Notes under the pieces: model-generated
The model's database searches: none
The model's input: the letters and a program-made list of their open reading frames with translations, nothing else
What the model was told of the DNA's origin: nothing
NCBI GenBank assembly: GCA_015523565.1
Contig: WAKA01000148.1
Span: 1-26,054, forward strand
Direction of reading: 5' to 3'
From: Candidatus Heimdallarchaeota archaeon
GTDB lineage: Archaea; Asgardarchaeota; Heimdallarchaeia; Heimdallarchaeales; Kariarchaeaceae
Length of the DNA stretch: 26,054 nucleotides
Shown: positions 17,347 through 26,054 of the stretch, in pieces
How positions within the stretch are numbered: the first letter of the stretch is position 1
Layout: every line of letters begins with the position of its first letter
Position numbers and translations under genes: made by a program

Positions 17347-17667
17347 CTACACAGGATTGATCTTTTTATCCCTGATGGCGATGACAACATAGTCATCCTC
17401 TAGAGCCACCAATATTTCGCCCGTAGTGATATCGATAGTGAAAAAGTTGACATCACCCCTTCCAATTTGATTTACGGCATTTTGGGCACGACCAACCAAT
17501 GCACTGAAAAGAGCGGCAGTTTTTTCTGCATCAGTTGCTGAGAAAGTTCCATCCCTTGACCGGAATGTTAACGGAAAACCCTCGGAACTGGCAATCACTA
17601 CGGCATATACCCCCTTATGGCTCATCAGGGAATCCAGAATCTGTGTAAAATTACTTCTTGATAGCAT
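17347..17667 (-). CDS. Roadblock/LC7 (MglB-like) protein
   Basis: GVYAVVIASSEGFPL, AEKTAALFSAL, GDVNFFTIDITTGEILV; directly upstream of the MglA gene. Confidence 0.85.
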   Translation of the reverse strand: MLSRSNFTQILDSLMSHKGVYAVVIASSEGFPLTFRSRDGTFSATDAEKTAALFSALVGRAQNAVNQIGRGDVNFFTIDITTGEILVALEDDYVVIAIRDKKINPV

Positions 17668-17748
17668 CTGTATTCCTCAATATACGTTTAGTTATTTTAG
17701 TATTTATACTATCATCTGAAAACTAGACTATTTTTTAAAAATCGTTGA

Positions 17749-17964
17749 TTATTGTCGAACGGCAATATTTTCAATTTCTATGTTGAATTGATTTGCTTTC
17801 TTCAACAGGTCATTTTCAGTGCCTTCTTCAAGGACTACGGTATAGAGAGTCTTGGGAGTGCGAAGCTTGTATTTTATTTTATTTCCAGACCTCACTGCAA
17901 CGATACGGCTTGTCCTTTTGAACAAATCATCTGTCAACTCATCAGGAGAAATTTCTTTTGGCAT
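17749..17964 (-). CDS. rpl38e: Ribosomal protein eL38 (L38e)
   Basis: 71 aa. MPKEI start and KIKYKLRTPKTLYTVV match the eL38 KFKxRxxxxLYT signature. Confidence 0.8.
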   Translation of the reverse strand: MPKEISPDELTDDLFKRTSRIVAVRSGNKIKYKLRTPKTLYTVVLEEGTENDLLKKANQFNIEIENIAVRQ

Positions 17965-18095
17965 ATTCCAGTCTTGGAGTAACTAAAATAAAAAGCCTAA
18001 GTTAAGGCACAGGAAAGTGAAAAATCAAGTCAATAATTCGAAAAGAATTATAAGGACGAAAGGTGAAAAAAGAATGACAATAAAGAGTGATGATT

Positions 18096-18353
18096 ATGGC
18101 ACCATTTGGAAGCGCAATCAAAAACGGTTTAATGTTTACGATAACATCAATAATAGGAGCATACCTATTTGCATATTTTTTCTCATACGGATTATTATTC
18201 TTGTTTTATCGATTTAATCAAAACGACTATACCTTACACCCAACGGGCATTTTACTGATTTTTGCATCATTAATGTCAGCATTTTTATTGATTGGAATTC
18301 CGTTCTTTAAGTTCCTGTCAGATACAGTTGAAGACGGTTTGATTGAGTTTTAA
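18096..18353 (+). CDS. Small two-helix membrane protein, hypothetical
   Basis: Two long hydrophobic segments. Its stop overlaps the rpo3 stop (TTAA). Alternative starts at 18087 and 18090. Confidence 0.6.
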   Translation: MAPFGSAIKNGLMFTITSIIGAYLFAYFFSYGLLFLFYRFNQNDYTLHPTGILLIFASLMSAFLLIGIPFFKFLSDTVEDGLIEF

Positions 18354-19174
18354 CTTTCCTCATACATTACTTGCTGGAATTTCTCAATAAAATCATCTAT
18401 TTTTTTATCCAAGATTTCAGATGCTTTCAATACAATGTTTTCAGGGATTAATGCCCCAGTGCTTTCCAATTCAAATATGATAGTGTTTCTATCATATGTC
18501 ACCTCAACGTCACCCTCTTCAAATCCATTTGTGATACACTCGTCACAAATACCATCAAGGACGTTATTGACTTCAACTTTTTTTCCAGAAACATTGAAAT
18601 TCTGTTTTGGACAGCTTTTAAGCACTTTTTCATTGAATTTTGCCTTGGGGTTAATTTTGATTTTTGGCATGAATTTGAAGAAGAGTGTCCCTACAGGTTG
18701 CCATTTGGCATGCTCTCTACCTGTGCCGAATCTTGCAATTGCCTCCAGAATGAGCCGTTGGTCACGACCCATTTTCATGATCGGGATCTCGTCTTGGATG
18801 GGATATATGCGATGATCTAAAGGATCAAGATCCCTGCTATATACCATTTTTTCATGGTTCCTGTCAGTCTCTTGAGTCAAAGTCAGCGAGACTGTACACA
18901 TGTTACAGCCCTTTCCCTCACATGAAGGGCATTCTGATTGATAGAAAAGGTCATCTATTTCACTGTTCAGTGGAATCAAGCCCAGTCTATGGGCGATAAA
19001 CTCGTCAAAGATCGCAGTTGTGTTCTCAATCATGATGACATCTTCAATGGCAATAGTTGGCACGTCCAACAAGATGATTCTGCGTATTGCATTGACAAAA
19101 GCTGGAAAAGTGTTTTTGATGATGAATTTTAATGAGTCCCTGTCATCCACTTCAATTTTTTCAATCTCGATCAA
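18350..19174 (-). CDS. rpo3: DNA-directed RNA polymerase subunit D (Rpo3)
   Basis: FVNAIRRIILLDVPTIAIE, NTTAIFDEFIAHRLGLIPL, GTGREHAKWQP, FELESTGAL. TTG start with GGTGA 6 bp upstream. Confidence 0.97.
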   Translation of the reverse strand: MIEIEKIEVDDRDSLKFIIKNTFPAFVNAIRRIILLDVPTIAIEDVIMIENTTAIFDEFIAHRLGLIPLNSEIDDLFYQSECPSCEGKGCNMCTVSLTLTQETDRNHEKMVYSRDLDPLDHRIYPIQDEIPIMKMGRDQRLILEAIARFGTGREHAKWQPVGTLFFKFMPKIKINPKAKFNEKVLKSCPKQNFNVSGKKVEVNNVLDGICDECITNGFEEGDVEVTYDRNTIIFELESTGALIPENIVLKASEILDKKIDDFIEKFQQVMYEES

Positions 19175-19211
19175 GTACAGTCACCTAGTCCCTAAACCAC
19201 TAAGCTTCGTT

Positions 19212-19225
19212 TTCCTTTAAAGGAA
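19212..19225. promoter_or_regulatory. 14-bp perfect palindrome TTCCTTTAAAGGAA containing a TATA-like TTTAAA upstream of rpo3
   Basis: Self-complementary; ~40-50 bp upstream of the rpo3 start, in the divergent intergenic region. Confidence 0.4.
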
Positions 19226-19267
19226 TGTCGATTCAGAACAGGGAGAAGAATTCTTGGGCGGTAAACT

Positions 19268-19286
19268 AAAAACGGGTTTATAAATA
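19268..19286 (+). promoter_or_regulatory. Candidate BRE/TATA promoter for the eL18-uL13-uS9 operon
   Basis: Purine-rich AAAAACGGG followed by TTTATAAATA (19277-19286), ~55 bp upstream of the eL18 ATG. Confidence 0.6.
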
Positions 19287-19341
19287 CCAAAGACGCAGGG
19301 AGATTGAAGGAAGCCAATGGCTTCAAGGAAGTGAGTAACGA

Positions 19342-19701
19342 ATGGATCGGTTACCAGAAAATCCAGTTGTTGCGAGCCTGATCAAGGCGTTAAAGGTCGC
19401 TGCGAACAAGCATGAGGCTCCCATCTGGCGAACAATATCAAAGAAGCTCCAGAGACCCCGCCGCAGGAAAATTGTGGTCAATCTCAGCAAGATAGAGAGA
19501 TACACAAAAGATGGAGAAGCGGTCGTTGTGCCGGGAAAAGTTCTTGGTGCGGGTGAATTGACAAGACCAATCACAGTTGCTGCCGTGGCATTCAGCAAAT
19601 CAGCGGAAGAAAAAATCAAGGCAGCCAAAGGACAGGCCATTAGGATTATGGAATTAGTAGAACAAAATCCTAAAGGATCCAAAGTCAGGATAATTGCATA
19701 G
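19342..19701 (+). CDS. rpl18e: Ribosomal protein eL18 (L18e)
   Basis: APIWR, RPRRRKIVVNLSKIERY, VVVPGKVLGAG, VAAVAFS, NPKGSKVRII. Confidence 0.97.
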   Translation: MDRLPENPVVASLIKALKVAANKHEAPIWRTISKKLQRPRRRKIVVNLSKIERYTKDGEAVVVPGKVLGAGELTRPITVAAVAFSKSAEEKIKAAKGQAIRIMELVEQNPKGSKVRIIA

Positions 19702-19712
19702 AGGTGAAATTT

Positions 19713-20153
19713 ATGGCTGAAAAGATATACATTGATGCAACTGGGCATGTACTTGGGAGACTTAGTTCTGCAATTGTTCCCCTCATCATGGGAGGAAAGG
19801 AAGTTGTCGTAGTCAATGCAGAAAAGGCAGTTGTAACAGGCAACCGCAGGTTTATTCTGAACAAGTATTTGACTTTGAGAAGAAAGAAAACCCTGACAAA
19901 TCCAAGAAGGGGACCATTCTTCCCCAGATTTCCTGACAGGATCCTGAGAAGGACAGTAAGGGGAATGTTGCCATATAAGACAACAAGTGGTCGAGAGGCA
20001 TTCAGGAGGCTTTCTGCATACATCGGCATTCCAGAGGAGTTGGAAGGCAAGGAATTCCAGACAGTTGACCATGCAAAGCTTCGAGAGACGGCACGACGGT
20101 TCATGACTCTCGAGGAGATTGGCCGAGAAATTGGCTGGAGACATGAAGGGTGA
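19713..20153 (+). CDS. rpl13: Ribosomal protein uL13
   Basis: IDATGHVLGRLSS, VVNAEKAVVTG, GPFFPRFPDRILRRTVRGMLP. ATG 19713 follows GAGGTGA. Confidence 0.97.
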   Translation: MAEKIYIDATGHVLGRLSSAIVPLIMGGKEVVVVNAEKAVVTGNRRFILNKYLTLRRKKTLTNPRRGPFFPRFPDRILRRTVRGMLPYKTTSGREAFRRLSAYIGIPEELEGKEFQTVDHAKLRETARRFMTLEEIGREIGWRHEG

Positions 20154-20157
20154 TTGA

Positions 20158-20589
20158 ATGGCTAAAAAAGGAGATAAGAAGAAAAAGATCATTCTTGCAT
20201 CTGGCAAAAGAAGAACTGCCGTTGCAAGAGTAAGAATCATGGAAACAACGACCAATCCACAATTTCGTGTCAATGGCACAAGAATTGAAGTATGGCCAAA
20301 CGAGTTTGCTAAAAAAGTCATGATGGAGCCTATCATTCTCCTTGGTGACCTTTATAAAAATAACTTGGACATCAAAGTCAAGGTCTTTGGAGGGGGTTGG
20401 ATGGGACAAGCAAGTGCGGTCAAGATTGCTTTGGCACGGGCTTTAAATGAATACTATAAGAGTGCGCAGGTCACCTCCCTGTTCAATGATTATGACAGAA
20501 CATGGCTTTCAGGGGATGTCAGAAGGACAGAACCTAAGAAAGCAGGAGGAAGAGGCGCAAGAGCAAGATTCCAGAAATCATATCGTTGA
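20158..20589 (+). CDS. rps9: Ribosomal protein uS9
   Basis: GKRRTAVARV, VFGGGWMGQASA, YDRTWLSGDVRRTEPKK, GARARFQKSYR. Confidence 0.97.
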   Translation: MAKKGDKKKKIILASGKRRTAVARVRIMETTTNPQFRVNGTRIEVWPNEFAKKVMMEPIILLGDLYKNNLDIKVKVFGGGWMGQASAVKIALARALNEYYKSAQVTSLFNDYDRTWLSGDVRRTEPKKAGGRGARARFQKSYR

Positions 20590-20634
20590 TACAGTACAGC
20601 AAGTTTTTTCAGAACCTATTTTTTCAGATTTAAT

Positions 20635-21657
20635 GTGGACGAATTCATAATAGATGGCAATCAATATGAGGGGGGCGGATCAATTCTTCGTGTTGCAGTA
20701 CCTATTGCAGTTGCATTAGGCAGACCCGTAACAGTTTATAACATACGTAAAAAACGAAACAAGCCAGGATTGAGATTGCAACACCTTTTAGGGTTAAAAC
20801 TTATGCAAGATGTAGTTCAAGGAGAACTGGAAGGAGGAGATATTGGAAGTGAAAAAATCACCCTCATTCCAAGGGAATACAAGGAAAAAGAGCATGAACT
20901 ATCAATTCCAACCGCGGGAGCAATAACATTGGTAATGCAATTAGTGCAAAATTATGTGTCGGCAAGTGGCAATTCAGTTTCTTGCCGATTTATTGGCGGA
21001 GGAACACATACTGCATTTTCGCCTACTTGGGAAGAAATAAAATATGTAACTGCATTTTATTTCAGGAGATTTGGGATTGAATTTGAGATGAACTGCAATA
21101 GGGTTGGGTTTTTTCCCAAAGGAGGAGCACGAGGGTTTTTCAGGATTCAAAAATCGCATGGGCAGGCATCACCCGTTGTAATAGAAGAGGAAGAGCACAA
21201 TGGTAATGAGAAAATAGAGATAATTTCAATAAGTAGCCATAAACTCAAAAATGCAAAAGTTGCAGAAAGGCAGATAAAAGGTTTCAAGAAATTTTTCCCA
21301 GACACCATAGACCATGTGAAATATGTCAATTCAGATCCAGGAAGTGCTATAATTGCCATATTCCAAGGGAAATACAAAAAGGGATACAGTTCCCTTGGAG
21401 AAAGAGGAATAAGAGCAGAAGAAGTGGGAAAGAGTTTAGCGAAAAGAATGCAAGGGGATTATCGCAACAATGCACTGGATATGTTTGTAAGTGACCAAAT
21501 ATTGGTTCCCCTTGCATTTTCCCCAAAGGGAAGTAAAGCGAGAGTCATATTGACGGATCACGTCAGGGCAAACCTGTCAGTAATTAATGACATGCTTGAC
21601 GAAAGACTTGCCGTAAAAGAGATAACCTCAACAATTGTGGAAGTTGAAAGAATTTAG
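20635..21657 (+). CDS. rtcA: RNA 3'-terminal phosphate cyclase
   Basis: DGNQYEGGGSILR, NIRKKRNKPGLRLQH, GGT, GFFPKGG, LGERGIRAEEVG, SDQIL, TDHVRAN (adenylylated His motif). Confidence 0.93.
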   Translation: MDEFIIDGNQYEGGGSILRVAVPIAVALGRPVTVYNIRKKRNKPGLRLQHLLGLKLMQDVVQGELEGGDIGSEKITLIPREYKEKEHELSIPTAGAITLVMQLVQNYVSASGNSVSCRFIGGGTHTAFSPTWEEIKYVTAFYFRRFGIEFEMNCNRVGFFPKGGARGFFRIQKSHGQASPVVIEEEEHNGNEKIEIISISSHKLKNAKVAERQIKGFKKFFPDTIDHVKYVNSDPGSAIIAIFQGKYKKGYSSLGERGIRAEEVGKSLAKRMQGDYRNNALDMFVSDQILVPLAFSPKGSKARVILTDHVRANLSVINDMLDERLAVKEITSTIVEVERI

Positions 21658-21950
21658 GCTTTCAGGTCATAGATTGGAAGAGAAATATTGGTCCTTGAAT
21701 CAATGTACCTTTTGAATTTCAAGAGAGAGGCTTCAGAACCATGTGCCACTTTCAGCATTTTGTAGAAATCACATGTCAAACAATTTCCTTGGCTTTTTCC
21801 AAATACAATTGGATTACAGTATGTTCCAGCAACATAAGCGCAAGCACGACCTGCGTTTTTACCACCCAAAAAGCCGTCAGCAGGAGTAAATTTGGCGGCG
21901 GGACAATTCTTTTCTCTTCCACATTTTTTGAATTCCCAGCAATTTAACAT
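21654..21950 (-). CDS. Small Cys-rich 'two-CW'-type domain protein
   Basis: LNCWEFKKCGRE, CPA, GGKNAGRAC, VAGTYC, CLTCDFYK. Confidence 0.8.
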   Translation of the reverse strand: MLNCWEFKKCGREKNCPAAKFTPADGFLGGKNAGRACAYVAGTYCNPIVFGKSQGNCLTCDFYKMLKVAHGSEASLLKFKRYIDSRTNISLPIYDLKA

Positions 21951-22010
21951 GATAAATAATAGGGAAATTAAATAAAAATTCTTTTCTGAAGTAGATTTTA
22001 GGAATTTATT

Positions 22011-24062
22011 TCATGCGTCCAATCTGGAAACAACCAATTCCAGCAAATCAACAACTTGCAGATCTGCACCTGTATTTTTAATGCCATCTTCCAGCATTGC
22101 AGTGCAGAAGGGACAAGAGACGCCAATGAAATCGGCACCTGTGTCTGCGGCCATTGAAACCCTTGTTCTATTTATTTGTTCACCGCCTGCATCTTGTTCA
22201 AACCACATCCGACCACCGCCAGCACCACAACACATAGCCACATCCTTGTTCATGGACATTTCAACAAATTCAACACCGTCAAGATATTTGATGATTTCAC
22301 GGGGAGATGAATAAATGCCATTATGGCGACCAAGATAGCATGAGTCATGGTAGGTTAATTTGACAGTATCCCCTTTTTTCAGGGGAAGTTTACCGGTTCG
22401 CAACAATTTTGCGACGTAATCAGTTGCATGAATGACACGGTAGACGCCTCCAAAGTCAGGGAATTCATTTGCAAGAGTGTTGAAACAATGTGGGCAAAAG
22501 GTGATGATTTCCTTGACATTATAGGAATTCAAAAGTTGAATATTTTCAGTAATTAATTCTTGTGCAAGAAATTCATTTCCAAGTCTCCTGACAGGGTCAC
22601 CAGTACATTTCTCTTCTTTACCCAAAATGGCAAAGTCAATGCCTGCGGCTTGCAGGATTTTCACAAGTGCAGTCGAAACCTTTTTTGCCCTTTCATCAAA
22701 AGACCCAGCACATCCTACCCAGAAAAGGATATCGGCATCTGGGTTTTCTTTCATCGTCTTGACACCCAAGCCTTCAGCCCATAAGTCCCTATCTGATTTC
22801 GAAATTCCCCAAGGGTTGGAATTTCTTTCAACATTGGTGAACATTTTGTCTATACCTGAGGGAAATTCACTTTGCATCAGTGTTTGTTCACGTCTCAGGT
22901 CAATAATCTTGTCAATATGCTCTATAAATAGTGGACAAGCAGTTTGACAGGCATTGCAGGTGGTGCATGCCCAAATAGTCTCTTTTGGAATGACCTCCCC
23001 TGTCAGATGCTTGTAGTGAATTTCTGCATCAGGATTTTCATAAGCAAAGGTGGCAACCTCAAGAAGGTTTTCACGCAAGTCCAAGATCAAGGATTTTGGA
23101 GACAGCGGTTGACCATTGATATATGCGGGACAGACTTCTTGACATCGTCCACAACCAGTACAACTATAGAGGTCAAGCATTTGTTTCCATGTAAAATCCT
23201 CTATTTTTGAAACACCATATTCCTCTATTGTTTCATCCTCAAAGTCCAAAGGAACTAATCGTCCCGAAGGTTTCAGATTTCTGAAAAATACGTTGAAAGG
23301 AGCAGAGACAATGTGAAAATGCTTGGATGGATAAAACCTTGGTACGCGAATCTGAGTGCCAAAAATGTAAATCAAGAAGAGCAAGACAGAGAGTGAATGC
23401 CCCCACCAAAGCAGATTTTCCAAAACCTCTAGATCCCAACCAGTTGATACAAACCATTTCGCAATGGTCAATGCAATAGTTGGACCCAATTCAGAGCTGT
23501 TAAGGGAATGACCACGGTCAACAATCCATGGATGAACCCCACGAGCAAGTTCAGACGCTTCAAGCAAAACAGAAAAGCTTGCATGAATGGCGACTGCATA
23601 AATAATGATAAGGGCATCCCTGCGAAGCCCTGGACTTCCCTCCATCCGAACCGAATTTGTGTACCTTCTTGCCCAACCAAGTGCAAGGGCAATCATCAAG
23701 AAAAATATCATCCAATCCTCAAGCCAAAGAATGAAGTCGTATCCACTTCCAAGAAAGCTTAAAGAGAAATTGGGGAAGTATGCCCGAACAAAAACCTCCC
23801 CTGCAACAATATTGATTGCGATAAACGCATAAAAAATGACAAAATGCCCAAGTCCTGCAGGATGGCGAAGTAACCTTCTTTGTCCGAAAACATAAACAAG
23901 GACGCTTCTAATCCGTTCACCAAAATCACCCCATCTCTCAGGAGCGGGCTTTCCACGTTTCATTTGCTTGTATAGTTGATACAATGCCTGAAAGGTGAAA
24001 TACAAGGTCATCAATACCAGAAGAGTAAAACCTATTGACCTGAAGACATTAAAGTCAGCCAT
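22011..24062 (-). CDS. Membrane-anchored Fe-S oxidoreductase (FadF/HdrD/GlpC-like): transmembrane domain, 2x[4Fe-4S] and two CCG domains
   Basis: N-terminal TM helices with His residues and SKHFH; CTGCGRCQEVCP; CTTCNACQTACP; WVGC, EKCTG, CPHC; YHDSCYLGR, CCGAGGG, SCPFC. ATG 24062 preferred over TTG 24113. Confidence 0.92.
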   Translation of the reverse strand: MADFNVFRSIGFTLLVLMTLYFTFQALYQLYKQMKRGKPAPERWGDFGERIRSVLVYVFGQRRLLRHPAGLGHFVIFYAFIAINIVAGEVFVRAYFPNFSLSFLGSGYDFILWLEDWMIFFLMIALALGWARRYTNSVRMEGSPGLRRDALIIIYAVAIHASFSVLLEASELARGVHPWIVDRGHSLNSSELGPTIALTIAKWFVSTGWDLEVLENLLWWGHSLSVLLFLIYIFGTQIRVPRFYPSKHFHIVSAPFNVFFRNLKPSGRLVPLDFEDETIEEYGVSKIEDFTWKQMLDLYSCTGCGRCQEVCPAYINGQPLSPKSLILDLRENLLEVATFAYENPDAEIHYKHLTGEVIPKETIWACTTCNACQTACPLFIEHIDKIIDLRREQTLMQSEFPSGIDKMFTNVERNSNPWGISKSDRDLWAEGLGVKTMKENPDADILFWVGCAGSFDERAKKVSTALVKILQAAGIDFAILGKEEKCTGDPVRRLGNEFLAQELITENIQLLNSYNVKEIITFCPHCFNTLANEFPDFGGVYRVIHATDYVAKLLRTGKLPLKKGDTVKLTYHDSCYLGRHNGIYSSPREIIKYLDGVEFVEMSMNKDVAMCCGAGGGRMWFEQDAGGEQINRTRVSMAADTGADFIGVSCPFCTAMLEDGIKNTGADLQVVDLLELVVSRLDA

Positions 24063-24155
24063 AGGATGTCTCAAGTATCTGCATTCATAACATTTTGTAC
24101 TTACCGGGCACAAATCTCATAAAATTATTCAATTATTTTATCAGCAAATAATATT

Positions 24156-25904
24156 TTACCGTCTTTTTCTTCGTCTTCGGATATGCCTTGGAGCCTCATC
24201 AATTGCTTCTTCCTCAATCTCCATGTTTTTCACAGCATCCTTGAATGAGGCAACCAAACGTTCTTCAATAGCGGCATCCTCATGTTCCTCTTCTTTTAGT
24301 TGGCTAACCAATGATTCATATTTCTCAATTACCACAAACATTTTCTCTTGAACAGATAATGTCTTAGTTTGAATGCCAAAAGTGATCAAACGCTTGTACA
24401 ATGAAAGGAGGTCGATTTTTTCAACATCAAACTGATCTCCATCCTCTTCACAGATTTTCACAATGGGTTCCAGTTGTTCATACAGTAGCAAGGCAGTTTT
24501 TGTATTACGGATCTCCACTGTACTTAAATATGCAACATAGCTCCATAAGGAAAAGGCATCACTAGGACTTTTTGCAAAGAGTTTACGACCTTGATTCCAG
24601 AATGCATTTTCAAGACGTGAAAGTGTGTTTCGCAATGGCTCTATTTCCTTGGGATTATTTGTCAGTTGATCCAGAATGCTTTTTGTCACCAATATTTGTA
24701 TCCAATGTGCGGCGATTATGTTTTTGGTAAGATCCTCCTCAATCCTTGGCAGAAGTTTGTTCCATAATCGGGTTGCATGTCGTTTATAATCGCTTTCTAT
24801 AGATCTATAAGGAACAGACCCAATGACAATACCGTGTGAAAATATCTTGTAGATGGCAATAAAAAGCTCCCAAAGCTCTTCAGGAATGTCAGTCAACGAT
24901 GAGCTCAGAGAACGCAAGTAATAACTGACAACAGGATATCTTTGTTTGTCAGGATAAGGTTGATACAAAAGCATATCCAAGACCATTGCCTCAACCATAT
25001 GCTCCAATGCTTTTTTGGTTTCTTCATTTAATTCAATTGTTGATTTTCCATCAGCATCAGTTTCTTCAGAGGCACCTTTTTCATCGTTATTTGAACCCTC
25101 TTCAGAGGTCTCAGATTCTTTATTGTTTTCAGAATCCTCTGTAGGCCCAGTATCTTGAGTATCCTTTTTAGGCAATTTCGGATTTTCCAAAAATTTGCTT
25201 AACTCTAAAAACAGTGAAAAGAGAAAATTCACGATTCCTCTTAATTGACTCTTGGTAATAGGCCTAGTTTTCGGTTTTTCACCTTCTGAAGGTTCATTCA
25301 ATGGAACCAAGCGTTCTCCATAATTTCCAGTGAGCAATTTGTCATTCTTTAACGAATAATAAAACTGATAATCAATATAATCACTGAACATTTTCTTGAA
25401 TGAAGAATCAAGCTCATCCAATTTTTCTAAGATCTTCTCAGGAAGATCCTCTCCTGTTATGGGACCTAGAAAGACTTCAAACAAAAATTCAACCAGCTCA
25501 ATATATTTTTCATCCAATTCAGATTCTGGAATGTCGTTCAACCAATCTTTTGCATTCTGGAATGATTTCTCCAAAAGTTCCCTATGGGTGCTTGATTTGA
25601 ATTTTGATTGGATAACCTTCAAATTCTCTTCAGACAACAATTTGACTAACCCATCAAACACGATGAACCGAGGAAGAAATGCAGTTAGGCTCAAGCCATC
25701 AAAAACACTGCCACCAGTTGCATTTCCTGCCCGTTTCTCCTTTATGCGAGAAGATTCCACAATATACATCAATTGAGGAAGCTGACTGTCGCGAATGTCT
25801 GAAAACAGATTCATAGGAATTTCAAACGATTCTAAAATATGTATGAAAAAATCATCCCTTAAACTTGAAAAAAGTCGGATTGGGTTAGGAATTTGACCTG
25901 CCAT
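24156..25904 (-). CDS. Hypothetical alpha-helical protein (~582 aa) with an internal acidic low-complexity linker and a poly-Arg C-terminus
   Basis: Long ORF. ATG 25904 (MAGQIPNP) preferred because the upstream in-frame stretch is AT-rich and looks intergenic. Confidence 0.8.
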   Translation of the reverse strand: MAGQIPNPIRLFSSLRDDFFIHILESFEIPMNLFSDIRDSQLPQLMYIVESSRIKEKRAGNATGGSVFDGLSLTAFLPRFIVFDGLVKLLSEENLKVIQSKFKSSTHRELLEKSFQNAKDWLNDIPESELDEKYIELVEFLFEVFLGPITGEDLPEKILEKLDELDSSFKKMFSDYIDYQFYYSLKNDKLLTGNYGERLVPLNEPSEGEKPKTRPITKSQLRGIVNFLFSLFLELSKFLENPKLPKKDTQDTGPTEDSENNKESETSEEGSNNDEKGASEETDADGKSTIELNEETKKALEHMVEAMVLDMLLYQPYPDKQRYPVVSYYLRSLSSSLTDIPEELWELFIAIYKIFSHGIVIGSVPYRSIESDYKRHATRLWNKLLPRIEEDLTKNIIAAHWIQILVTKSILDQLTNNPKEIEPLRNTLSRLENAFWNQGRKLFAKSPSDAFSLWSYVAYLSTVEIRNTKTALLLYEQLEPIVKICEEDGDQFDVEKIDLLSLYKRLITFGIQTKTLSVQEKMFVVIEKYESLVSQLKEEEHEDAAIEERLVASFKDAVKNMEIEEEAIDEAPRHIRRRRKRR

Positions 25905-26054
25905 GGTTATTCTTATTTTAAATCTATAAGCCCCATTTTTAAAATGATCAATCCCGACACTGAAAAAATTATATTTTAACGATAATTCGCAAACAGAACC
26001 ATTCTCGAAAAATAAATAAAAAATGACATGCAATAAGGACTCAATCAACGAAAC

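Noticed and set aside
19323-20336. 337-aa minus-strand ORF
   Set aside because: Antisense shadow of eL18, uL13 and uS9.

Overview
Archaeal chromosomal window, most consistent with an Asgard archaeon (inferred from two Roadblock/LC7 proteins, an MglA-type small GTPase, eL38, eL18, Rpo3, a GPN-loop GTPase and an intron-containing tRNA). Most of it is housekeeping or metabolic: a truncated Fe-S glutamate-synthase-like gene, uppS, an amidohydrolase, ppdK, rpo3, eL18-uL13-uS9, rtcA and a FadF/HdrD-like membrane Fe-S oxidoreductase. The notable part is an accessory island (~3.45-9.3 kb) centred on an intron-containing tRNA-Pro(GGG). It carries a 1149-aa ORF of no recognisable family and two frameshifted paralogues of that ORF's C-terminal region, and all three 3' ends point at the tRNA. 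The two paralogues form a ~290-bp inverted repeat with a 101-bp perfect core, and they share an in-phase A-AAA-AAG motif where a -1 shift restores the homologous C-terminus. Other points of interest: a Roadblock-MglA-coiled-coil module downstream of eL38, rpo3 flipped out of its usual operon, a degenerate NYN nuclease and insertions in PPDK. All family assignments come from motif recognition by eye; no searches were run.
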